Assembly: GCA_045532865.1 (NCBI GenBank)
Contig: JAZSGT010000048.1
Coordinates: 128 to 64,127 of the forward strand
Direction of reading: 5' to 3'
Origin: Alphaproteobacteria bacterium
GTDB lineage: Bacteria > Pseudomonadota > Alphaproteobacteria > CAAHEQ01 > UBA3637
Length of the DNA: 64,000 bases
The notes beneath the pieces are model-generated. The model worked only from the letters and a program-made list of their open reading frames with translations. It made no database searches and was not told the DNA's origin. The position numbers were made by a program, and so were the translations under genes. Of this stretch, positions 9,073-16,469 are shown in pieces (positions within the stretch are counted from its first letter, which is position 1; each line of letters begins with the position of its first letter).

Positions 9073-9519
9073 TTAAAAATCATAGTAAGTGGTGTCTCCA
9101 ATATCTCTGGATCGGATATTTAATTTTTCATCCCCAATTTTTCCACCAATATGCCTTGAATTTTCATGGTCTGTTTTTTTTAGGCGAACATTGTCATCCC
9201 CAATATAGCCATTGACATAAGTGGTGTTCCCTCGTTCACGTTCTTGAGTCCTGACTTTTTTATCACCGATTCTCCCATCGGTGTAGGATGTATTGCCGAT
9301 ATTTCTTGTTTTTGTTCGAACCTTATCAGCGCCAATTTTTCCATCGGTATAAGTGGTGTTCCCAACATTATATTTTTTGATGTTGATTTTGTTGCCTTTG
9401 TCATCATTACCCTGACAATATTGTGTATTTCCAATATACCGACATTTAATATCAGCCTTTAAAGGAAGGGAAAAAAGAAAAATACTGATTGCAAGAAGAA
9501 TAAAAGTATATTTTTTCAT
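9073..9519 (-). CDS. Small secreted protein made of ~22-aa GNT(T/S)Y-x-(D/N)G-x-IG-D-x-KVR repeats
   Basis: A signal peptide (MKKYTFILLAISIFLFSLPLKA) is present. The repeats read IGNTQY, VGNTTYTDGKIGADKVRT, IGNTSYTDGRIGDKKVRT, RGNTTYVNGYIGDDNVRL and IGDTTYYDF. Confidence 0.7.
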   Translation of the reverse strand: MKKYTFILLAISIFLFSLPLKADIKCRYIGNTQYCQGNDDKGNKINIKKYNVGNTTYTDGKIGADKVRTKTRNIGNTSYTDGRIGDKKVRTQERERGNTTYVNGYIGDDNVRLKKTDHENSRHIGGKIGDEKLNIRSRDIGDTTYYDF

Positions 9520-9549
9520 CTATTGTTCCGTTGGTGTTGAGGGGGTTTT

Positions 9550-10821
9550 TTAAAAAAAATGTTCATAAAGAATGACTTGTGCAGGTGTTACTTGTCCATC
9601 TTTTAGTAAGGCTGCTAAATAATGATCATCTAACATTGCCATAGGAGATGTTGTATATTTAGGTCGTTTGGCATAGAATAAGATATCTTCTTTGTTGAGT
9701 GAAAAGAACAATGAAGAACTAAATCCAGCTGTTAATGTTGGTTTTAAGCCTGCAATAATAAATGTTTCAAAAGGAACTTCTGCCGGAATTTCTATAATAT
9801 CAGGAAAGTTGGTTTGAATAAATTTTTGTTTGTATATTTTATCATACGCAGGATGAGGTTTGAAAAACCAAACATACTCTTGAGGGTTTTCTAATTTAAA
9901 GTTTTCTAATTTATTTTCTTTTAAAAGAGATAAAACCTTTATTTCTGCATCCATATAGGCTTTGAGGCCAAAATGAAACCCTGTTACAAACATAATTGAT
10001 TTTTTATTTTGCATTAGGTTTTTGTATTTTTCATAATCAAATCCACTGAGTTTAAAAACAATCTTTTTTTGTTCAGGGGTTAGTGTTTGAGCAAGGGTAT
10101 AAAAATTGGTTTCAACTAAATTAAGATCATTAAATTTAGTAAATATTTTTTCCAATCTTTTAATTTTTTTAAATTGATTAGCTTTTAAAAAATGATAGGT
10201 GACGGGATAAAAATATCTTAGCCCAAAGACATTACGGACAAGCCATATATTTTTATTTTCAGGTTCGAGAAGTTCGGCTGTTTCTTGCTTGAGTGTGTCC
10301 ATAAATAGGCTTGTCTCATTCGAAACAGCATCATTCCACTTTAAGACATCACCATACCCATCTTCATATAAATGAATGGCTTTAATACGTTGTTTTGGAA
10401 TAAAATCTAAAAGGGGTTTAACAGAGGTAGCCACTTTATCAAAACTTGCGTGAATGACAATGGCTGCTGAAGGTGTTTCAGAGATTTCATCAAAAACGGT
10501 TGTTGTTAAGTTCACAAGATTAGCAAGAGGTTGATTTTTAGCCACTGGAATTTCAACAGTGTTATATTCATCTAAATTAAAGACTTGTCCTCTGCTTGGA
10601 AAACGGTTCCACCCAATGATTTTTTTTGTTTCTTTGGGTAGTTTTGAAAATTCTATGATTTGAGATAAGGCAGGCGCTGTTGCGTGTGTTTCAAAAAAAA
10701 TGTGAATTTCTTTTTTAGGAAAAGGCAAATAGTGGTATATATCCCAAAAATAAGAGGTGCCATAACCCAATGTAAGAGAGATAATAAAAGCAATTAGGTA
10801 GTGTTTGTATTTTTTGAGCAT
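9550..10821 (-). CDS. GT80-family sialyltransferase homologue with an N-terminal membrane anchor
   Basis: From memory, the protein is collinear with Pasteurella PmST1. Matching blocks are APALSQIIEF, HLYEDGYGD (the DDG motif), PVTYHFL, LTPEQ, FFKPHP (the HP motif) and IPAEVPFETFIIAGLKPTLTAGFSSSLFFSLNKEDI (compare ISFEVLMMTGLLPDKVGGVASSLYFSLPKEKI). Confidence 0.7.
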   Translation of the reverse strand: MLKKYKHYLIAFIISLTLGYGTSYFWDIYHYLPFPKKEIHIFFETHATAPALSQIIEFSKLPKETKKIIGWNRFPSRGQVFNLDEYNTVEIPVAKNQPLANLVNLTTTVFDEISETPSAAIVIHASFDKVATSVKPLLDFIPKQRIKAIHLYEDGYGDVLKWNDAVSNETSLFMDTLKQETAELLEPENKNIWLVRNVFGLRYFYPVTYHFLKANQFKKIKRLEKIFTKFNDLNLVETNFYTLAQTLTPEQKKIVFKLSGFDYEKYKNLMQNKKSIMFVTGFHFGLKAYMDAEIKVLSLLKENKLENFKLENPQEYVWFFKPHPAYDKIYKQKFIQTNFPDIIEIPAEVPFETFIIAGLKPTLTAGFSSSLFFSLNKEDILFYAKRPKYTTSPMAMLDDHYLAALLKDGQVTPAQVILYEHFF

Positions 10822-10962
10822 GTTTTATCCTGTATGATTTTTTATTTTCTCATATTAACATATTTATTAAGCATGTCAAAAAAAATATGATGTTTTTTGT
10901 AAAAAATAAAAAGAGTTGAATTTTGATGGAAAATTTGCTAAAATGCTATTTAAAATAATGAT

Positions 10963-11226
10963 GTGAAAATAAGAAGAGAAAATGTGAACATGTCCCCTGC
11001 AGAGTTAGAAAGTTTAAAAAAGACAAAACAAATTGAAAAAGTTGATATAGGTTATAGAAAAAAAGCGCTTAGTCAATCACGCCATTTTTTTACAAAAGAT
11101 TCGATGAATGCCCCAAAGTGTATGCGTCAAATGTGGATTAAAAATCATAATGAGCATTATAAAAAGGTTTTAAAAGATCCTTTGTACGATGCAAGATGTT
11201 TTTTTGCTGTTAAAGAAAGAGATTGA
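10963..11226 (+). CDS. Hypothetical small basic protein
   Basis: This is a track ORF only. It uses a GTG start, with an alternative ATG at 10990. There is no recognisable motif. Confidence 0.3.
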   Translation: MKIRRENVNMSPAELESLKKTKQIEKVDIGYRKKALSQSRHFFTKDSMNAPKCMRQMWIKNHNEHYKKVLKDPLYDARCFFAVKERD

Positions 11227-11293
11227 TTTTTAATGTTTTTTATTTAATTAAAAACAGTTTTAAAAATCAATTTGTTAACTTGTGTATGGACTT

Positions 11294-11689
11294 TTATTTC
11301 TGGTTTTGAAGGTAATCTTTAATAATAAGGCCTGCTGCTTTTTTTTGCCCTTGATTTGCAAGTAACTTGGCGCATTTGACACGCTCAGCCCACAAGATAT
11401 CATAGTCTCGTTTTTTCCTGGCATCTTGTGCTTTTTGAAGAGGAGAATCCTTTTGTTCCATTCTTTTGACATAGTCTTCGCCATATTGCATTCTCAAATA
11501 GGCTCGTTTGGGATTTTCACCTTTTAAATCAAAATGAGCCGTTACAGAATCTATATATTCTTCCATTCGATCACCACCATCTTCATACTCTGGGGAATAA
11601 GAAATATGGAGTGTGAATTTTAATTTGTCCCCTTCGTAAACATCTTCGATTCTGGAGTTGTAATTTTCATGTGTTCTAACGTGTCTCAT
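11294..11689 (-). CDS. Hypothetical protein (131 aa)
   Basis: The ORF is open, has charged non-low-complexity composition, and sits between terminators. I recognise no family. Confidence 0.5.
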   Translation of the reverse strand: MRHVRTHENYNSRIEDVYEGDKLKFTLHISYSPEYEDGGDRMEEYIDSVTAHFDLKGENPKRAYLRMQYGEDYVKRMEQKDSPLQKAQDARKKRDYDILWAERVKCAKLLANQGQKKAAGLIIKDYLQNQK

Positions 11690-11748
11690 GGTGATATCCT
11701 TTCAATGAGTTCATTCATTATATAGCAAATTTTGGTGTTTTAGACAAT

Positions 11749-11774
11749 AAAAAAATCCCTTTTTCAAGGGATTT
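11749..11774 (-). terminator. Rho-independent terminator after the ankyrin gene 11791..12648
   Basis: aaatccct (11753-11760) pairs with agggattt (11767-11774). The A-run on the plus strand becomes a T-run on the minus strand. Confidence 0.6.
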
Positions 11775-11790
11775 TAAATAAAACAATTTT

Positions 11791-12648
11791 TTAATCTTTT
11801 ATTCTTTCTGTTTTTAAGAATTTTGATTTGATTAAATGTGCTTTTTGAGAGGTTATAAATTTTTCTTTATTTTGTGTAATGTTAAGCATTTGATAAGTTG
11901 GATTTTCTTCTAATTCATTTTTAATAAGTGTTACCGTGTTATTGGCTTGTGCTTTTGCAACGATTAAAAGTTCAAACATGTCAATATCTTTATTTTTTAC
12001 TGCGTGGTCAATAGGTGTTGTGCCCTTTTTGTCTTGTACATCAACTTTTGCACCAAAGTTGATGAGTAATGCAGCTGTTTTGGTATCTTTTGCAAGAACA
12101 GCCAAGTGCAAAGGTGTTTGCCCTTTTTCATCTGTAATATCAGTTTTAGATCCTTTGGATAATAAAAATTTAGTTAAATTATGATTGTTTTTTTGGACGG
12201 CAAGGTGAAGAGCTGTTTGACCCCAAATGTTTTGTTTGTTTAAATCGGCACCTGCGCTAACAAGACGGTTGGCAAGAATTTGATTGTTTGTTAAGATGGC
12301 TGCTAAAAGAGGTGTTTTACCATGATTGTCAGCTTCATCAACCTTGGCATTGTTATCAAGTAAAATATCAACAATTTTTTGATGGTTGTTATGGGTGGCA
12401 TTTAAGAGTGCTGTTTCACCTGTTGCATGTGCTTTTTGGTTGGGGTTGGCTCCCATTTCAAGTAAATAGCCTGTCATTCGTTCATCACCTCTTTCGCTGG
12501 CACGAATAAGAGCTGTTGTGCCAATTAAATCTGTGCAATTAACATCCACCTCTTTTTGGCGAACCATGGCTTCAACTGTTATAAAATCCCCTTTGCTAGC
12601 TGCTTGTAAAAAATATTCATCTTGAGTTAATTTTGTGTCTTTTATCAT
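11791..12648 (-). CDS. Ankyrin-repeat protein
   Basis: There are multiple 33-aa ANK repeats, including GTTALIRASERGDERMTGYLLEMGANPN, GETALLNATHNNHQKIVDILLDNNAKVD, GKTPLLAAI, GQTALHLAVQKNNHNLTKFLLSKGS and GQTPLHLAV. Confidence 0.9.
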   Translation of the reverse strand: MIKDTKLTQDEYFLQAASKGDFITVEAMVRQKEVDVNCTDLIGTTALIRASERGDERMTGYLLEMGANPNQKAHATGETALLNATHNNHQKIVDILLDNNAKVDEADNHGKTPLLAAILTNNQILANRLVSAGADLNKQNIWGQTALHLAVQKNNHNLTKFLLSKGSKTDITDEKGQTPLHLAVLAKDTKTAALLINFGAKVDVQDKKGTTPIDHAVKNKDIDMFELLIVAKAQANNTVTLIKNELEENPTYQMLNITQNKEKFITSQKAHLIKSKFLKTERIKD

Positions 12649-12798
12649 TTTTATCTCCTAAAAAATTTATAAGTGAATGAAAATAGTTCATTCACTTAAA
12701 TTAATGTTTGATGTGAAGAGTTAATAACTCTTGCTCATAATTTAGTTTTATGTCTTTTTAAGTTTAACTGTCAAGATGAATTTTTTTTTGTTATTTTT

Positions 12799-13908
12799 TT
12801 ATGACCTTTCATCTCGATCTTTGCCTTTTTGTGGGCGATAATAAGGTTTTTGCGTTACAATTGGTTTTCCACTTGTCCATGCCTGACTTAAAAGAGGAAT
12901 GCAATCAACACTATTTAGCCTGACAGCATATTCAAAAGGTGTTTGACCTTGTGAATTTTTAACTTTTTGATCGGCGCCATAGTTAAACAATAATTGAATC
13001 AAATCAGGTCTATTGAGGCGAACGGCTGCATGAAGAGGTGAAGTGTATTTGTCTTTTAAATTAGGGTCTGCTCCATATTCAAGCAACACTTTGGCTGTTT
13101 TTTCAGCCCCACGTTCAATGGCTTGCATTAACGGACTTTTGTCATTTGTTCCAACGCTGTTGACATGAAAAACTGAAGCGCATTTTTCTGCCATTGTTTC
13201 AATTGTCTTAGGGTTGTTAGATTGGGCTGCATAGTGGACAGCATTATTCCTTGATGGTAAATTCGGTATGTATAAAAATGCTGTTGAAAACATGGCTAAT
13301 ATTTTAACGCTATCAACAAGTGTACTGTATGTTGTGTTAATTTCAGCTCCAATGTCAATAAGAGCGCCAACGGCATCATCATTTCCCTTTAAAGCAGCGA
13401 GTTGAAGAGGGGTTAGTTCATTTTCAAACTTATCCACATCTTCAAATCTTCGGCCCATGGCTCTGATACAGTCACCACGGTTTAATCGTGCTGCCAAGCG
13501 TAAAGGGTCAACGCCTTTGTTTTCTCCTTTTTCAAGAGGGGCACCTCGTTTAGCCAGGGCTTCTAGAACATCAGGCCAATTCTTTTCTATTGCCATAACG
13601 ACATATGTTTTGTCAAAAGATGGGTGCGTTGTTGTATTTTCCATATGTGTAGCAATCATGCGAGAAATTTCTCTTTTCCCTTCGCACATGGCAGTGTATA
13701 AACCACATTCGAGGCTGTTATGATCCATTTTATCATCCTCTTCATCAATGAGCAAAAAGACCATTTTGGGATTGTTGTTTTCAATGGCGATATCTAATGC
13801 AGTGTCATAACCATCGCTGGCATTAACACTGGCACCCATACAAATAGCCTCTAAAGCTCTTTGATAATCATTTTTACGAACAGCATCTATTAAATCATAA
13901 TTTGGCAT
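12799..13908 (-). CDS. Ankyrin-repeat protein
   Basis: ANK consensus blocks are present: TPLQLAALKGNDDAVGALIDIGAEIN, NAVHYAAQSNNPKTIE, SPLMQAIERGAEKTAKVLLEYGADPN and SPLHAAVRLNRPDLIQLLFNYGAD. Confidence 0.9.
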   Translation of the reverse strand: MPNYDLIDAVRKNDYQRALEAICMGASVNASDGYDTALDIAIENNNPKMVFLLIDEEDDKMDHNSLECGLYTAMCEGKREISRMIATHMENTTTHPSFDKTYVVMAIEKNWPDVLEALAKRGAPLEKGENKGVDPLRLAARLNRGDCIRAMGRRFEDVDKFENELTPLQLAALKGNDDAVGALIDIGAEINTTYSTLVDSVKILAMFSTAFLYIPNLPSRNNAVHYAAQSNNPKTIETMAEKCASVFHVNSVGTNDKSPLMQAIERGAEKTAKVLLEYGADPNLKDKYTSPLHAAVRLNRPDLIQLLFNYGADQKVKNSQGQTPFEYAVRLNSVDCIPLLSQAWTSGKPIVTQKPYYRPQKGKDRDERS

Positions 13909-14368
13909 ATAAATTCCTTTTGTTACAAATAAATTGAAGATATTAATTTTATTTTAGAATTTATGTGTGTTGTTTTTGTTTCCTCCTTAAAGGTGTGTTT
14001 TGTTCACCTAAAAAAATGGTAACTTAAATTTCTTTTGTTTTCAATTTTTTTTAATCAATTGTATTGAAAATTTATTTAATTTTTATAAAATTTGACATAA
14101 TTTTAAAAATGTGATAGTCTATATTTTATACGCTTCATTAAAAAATCTCTAATTTATTGAATTTTAATCTTAAATTGCTTGAAAAATAATTTAAAAAACT
14201 TGCGATTCGTTTTGATTTAGATATATATCTTCAGTTTTTTTATTGTAGTTTCACGGGTTTTTTACATGAATTCTTTTTAATTTTGGCGTATATAGGTCTT
14301 ATTGTTCCTCTTGAGCTTAATGAAAAAATAAAAAAAATTATTTATAATGCAACAAAATAGGGATTGAT

Positions 14369-14397
14369 AAAAAAGGGTTTGCAAGAAATACAAACCC
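14369..14397 (-). terminator. Rho-independent terminator after the gene 14425..14844
   Basis: gggtttg (14375-14381) pairs with caaaccc (14391-14397). The A6 at 14369-14374 gives a T-run on the minus strand. Confidence 0.65.
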
Positions 14398-14424
14398 TAA
14401 AAAATATAAATTTTTATTTTCTGA

Positions 14425-14844
14425 TTAAAAAGTATATTCTGTATTTACTTTGTTGAAGCCAATCTTCACAGTGGTATTCTCGTCCACTTTATGTGTTGTT
14501 ATATTATCAGCTGCATTTGCAAGAGCCTCAATGAACCCTCCTTGGTTTTTAGAAGGATCACTGATTTGAACATCTTGACTAGCAGAAGGTTCGTGTGCTG
14601 GATTTGTGGGAGTTCCCTTTGCGATATAATTCCAATCTGTTGTTGGTTGATTGTTTGGGTCTACTATTTGAGGATTGTTATCAATGTTATCAGTATAATT
14701 TGTTGAAGGGGTTGTGGGCACTTCAACGTTAAGGCTTGGCTCTTCTCCTGCAAGAGGAAGCATTGTTAAATCTGTTTCTGCATCCATGGGTTGATCCCAT
14801 TCGTTGCCAAGTTTTACAGCTGATGTTGGATTTTGATTGTTCAT
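14425..14844 (-). CDS. Hypothetical P/N/T-rich protein (139 aa)
   Basis: This is a track ORF followed by a terminator. The composition looks disordered. No motif is recognisable. Confidence 0.45.
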   Translation of the reverse strand: MNNQNPTSAVKLGNEWDQPMDAETDLTMLPLAGEEPSLNVEVPTTPSTNYTDNIDNNPQIVDPNNQPTTDWNYIAKGTPTNPAHEPSASQDVQISDPSKNQGGFIEALANAADNITTHKVDENTTVKIGFNKVNTEYTF

Positions 14845-15041
14845 ATGAGTTCCTTTATAAATTTTGTTGTCTTATCTTTTTATTATAACGCAAAAGAATG
14901 TTTGTGTCAAAAAAAGAAAAATGACCTCTTTTTTTGGGAAAAATAGAGCTTTACATAAAAAAAGGACCTATGGTTTGTAGGCTTTTTTTTATAAGATTAA
15001 ATTGCTGATTTTTGTTTTTTGTTTTGATAAATAGTCCTTCA

Positions 15042-15110
15042 ACTCTTCGGTCATCTAATCGATAATCATATAAAAAAACCACCCCAAAGGGTGGTTTTTT
15101 AAATGGTGCC
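15042..15110. repeat. Direct repeat copy 1 (69 bp): a duplicate of the tRNA-Thr 3' end, trailer and terminator
   Basis: My base-by-base alignment finds 64 of 69 positions identical to 15191..15259. The copy includes the 7-nt tggtgcc (GGCACCA on the minus strand) and the ccaccc/gggtgg hairpin. Confidence 0.9.
15072..15100. terminator. Terminator hairpin inside repeat copy 1
   Basis: The sequence is A7, ccacccc-aaa-gggtgg, then T6. It could act on either strand. Confidence 0.7.
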
Positions 15111-15190
15111 TCGTGTGTGAAAGATAAATCTTTCATCCCTCGCACGGCTCGGGACCGGCTAACGCCGTCGTGCCTGCAAGCAGCCACCTG
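15111..15190 (-). other. GC-rich 80-nt island between the direct repeats; candidate structured small RNA or scar of foreign DNA
   Basis: The core ccctcgcacggctcgggaccggctaacgccgtcgtgcctgcaagcagccacctg is far more GC-rich than the surrounding DNA. Nested helices can be drawn: gcacg/cgtgc, cggc-taac-gccg, and tgaaaga-taaa-tctttca. On the minus strand it ends in GGCACCA followed by a terminator, exactly like the neighbouring tRNA. Confidence 0.3.
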
Positions 15191-15252
15191 ACTCTTCGGC
15201 CAGCCAATCGATAACCATATAAAAAAACCACCCCAAAGGGTGGATTTTTAAA

Positions 15253-15259
<7 letters not shown>
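15191..15259. repeat. Direct repeat copy 2 (69 bp), overlapping the 3' end of tRNA-Thr
   Basis: See copy 1. The last 7 nt (15253-15259) are the discriminator-CCA end of the tRNA. Confidence 0.9.
15221..15243 (-). terminator. Rho-independent terminator of tRNA-Thr
   Basis: The ccaccc/gggtgg stem is followed on the minus strand by T7 (A7 at 15221-15227 on the plus strand). Confidence 0.75.
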
Positions 15260-15328
<69 letters not shown>

Positions 15329-15443
15329 GCTGTGTGATTATTTATACACGATAAAAAAAAGAAATGCAAGCGTTTTTTTAAAAGAAAGTTAAAAAAAATG
15401 TATTTTTTTTAAAAGTGATTGATTCTTATTTGTTTTTTTTATT

Positions 15444-16046
15444 TTAGCAATCTCTTTGACGGGGTTTTGCAACAAAAAAGCCGGATTGTTCATGAAATTT
15501 AGCGTCAAAACCATTCTTGTTGAAACAATTTAACCACCATTTTTGACTTTTGATAACGCGAGGGTCTGTTGTTTTTGCTCGATATTCAGTTCCACCAGCT
15601 TTTTCATCATCTTCAGTTGTAAGGTGAATGGCAACAACCATTTTGGCTGATTTAAACTTGTCTAAAACAGCTGGAATTTCTTCTTCCTTTACACAAGTGA
15701 GCACTTCATTACAGTAAATAAGGTCGTGATTGATAGGCTCTTTATAATCTAAAATAGATCCGATGGTTACATTTGGATGAATTGTATTATAATCTCTAAC
15801 ATCAATGCCATTGACACGCATACCCATTTTTTCAGCTTGAACGAGCAATTTGCCAGATGCGCAACCACAATCAAAAAAAGACATTGGTTTTTCACCAAAC
15901 TCTTCTTGATACAAATTTGCAATTTTTTTTACAGGGTGTGTGTAAATGTCCCACATATTGCCTTTTTTATCTGAAGCTGTGTAGGTGTAGGAGCATTTGA
16001 TTTCGTAATAGTGCTTTTTTCTAAATAATTTAAAAATATTAAACAT
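15444..16046 (-). CDS. Class I SAM-dependent methyltransferase
   Basis: FFDCGCASGKLL is a motif I (DxGCGxG). The size fits a small methyltransferase. The track start at 16088 is a TTG, so I use the first ATG (MFNIFKLF, 16046). Confidence 0.7.
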   Translation of the reverse strand: MFNIFKLFRKKHYYEIKCSYTYTASDKKGNMWDIYTHPVKKIANLYQEEFGEKPMSFFDCGCASGKLLVQAEKMGMRVNGIDVRDYNTIHPNVTIGSILDYKEPINHDLIYCNEVLTCVKEEEIPAVLDKFKSAKMVVAIHLTTEDDEKAGGTEYRAKTTDPRVIKSQKWWLNCFNKNGFDAKFHEQSGFFVAKPRQRDC

Positions 16047-16469
16047 TGGAATTTTTTTAACCTTAAAAATTCCCCATTTTTGTTGCAAGAAGTATATCTT
16101 ATTTTTATGATTTTTTCAATGAAAATTTAACATCTGTTTAAAGTGGGTTGCACGATATTTTTTGTGAATTTTTATGTATGGAATGTTTTTTTTATTTTCT
16201 TGAGGAATTTTGAATTTGTGGTGTGCAATTTTATTGCCAGATTCTGTAAAAAGTTCATGCAAAACTGGTTGAGGTAAAGCATCTAAATAAATGCTTAAGT
16301 TATCCATAGTCATTGAGCCATAAGAAGTAGATAGGCTTACTTGTGCTTGCTTTGCCTGTATAACTTAGTGTAAAAAAGTTATTTCATACAAAAAAAGAGC
16401 GATGTGTTTGTTCGTAAAGCCAAGAGAGTAAACCCAATCTCTTAGGAAAAATTTTTAGTTACTGTCATT

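Noticed and set aside
12671-12735. Two hairpins (aagtgaatga/tcattcactt and aagagtt/aactctt) between the two ankyrin genes, considered as terminators
   Set aside because: Neither is followed by a clean T-run on the minus strand. The first sits only about 20 nt upstream of the next gene's start codon. Their role (attenuator, processing site or none) is unclear.
14092-14120. An orphan plus-strand promoter-like element (TTGACA-N17-TGaTAGTCT) inside the 515-bp AT-rich spacer 13909-14424
   Set aside because: No plus-strand ORF or recognisable RNA follows it. The only downstream hairpin lacks a plus-strand T-run. In such AT-rich DNA a single match may be chance. It could still drive an antisense or small RNA, and only transcript data would tell.
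14951-15187. A 78-aa minus-strand ORF in the track
   Set aside because: It runs straight through the two terminator hairpins, the 69-bp direct repeat and the GC-rich island next to tRNA-Thr. It has no SD. Its open frame is best explained by the local GC-rich, stop-poor sequence.
15104-15215. The GC-rich island as SRP (4.5S) RNA, or as the acceptor piece of a two-piece alphaproteobacterial tmRNA
   Set aside because: AAGCAGCCA resembles the 3' side of SRP helix 8. However, I cannot find the matching 5' strand with the conserved AGG, or a GNRA tetraloop in the right place. For tmRNA or a tRNA-like domain, there is no GGTTCGA-type T-loop and no 5' strand able to pair with the ...ACGAGGC-ACCA end. 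The element is left as unknown.
16116-16313. A 65-aa minus-strand ORF between the Cys-rich gene and the methyltransferase
   Set aside because: It has no convincing SD and no motif, and it is short. I cannot tell it apart from a chance ORF.
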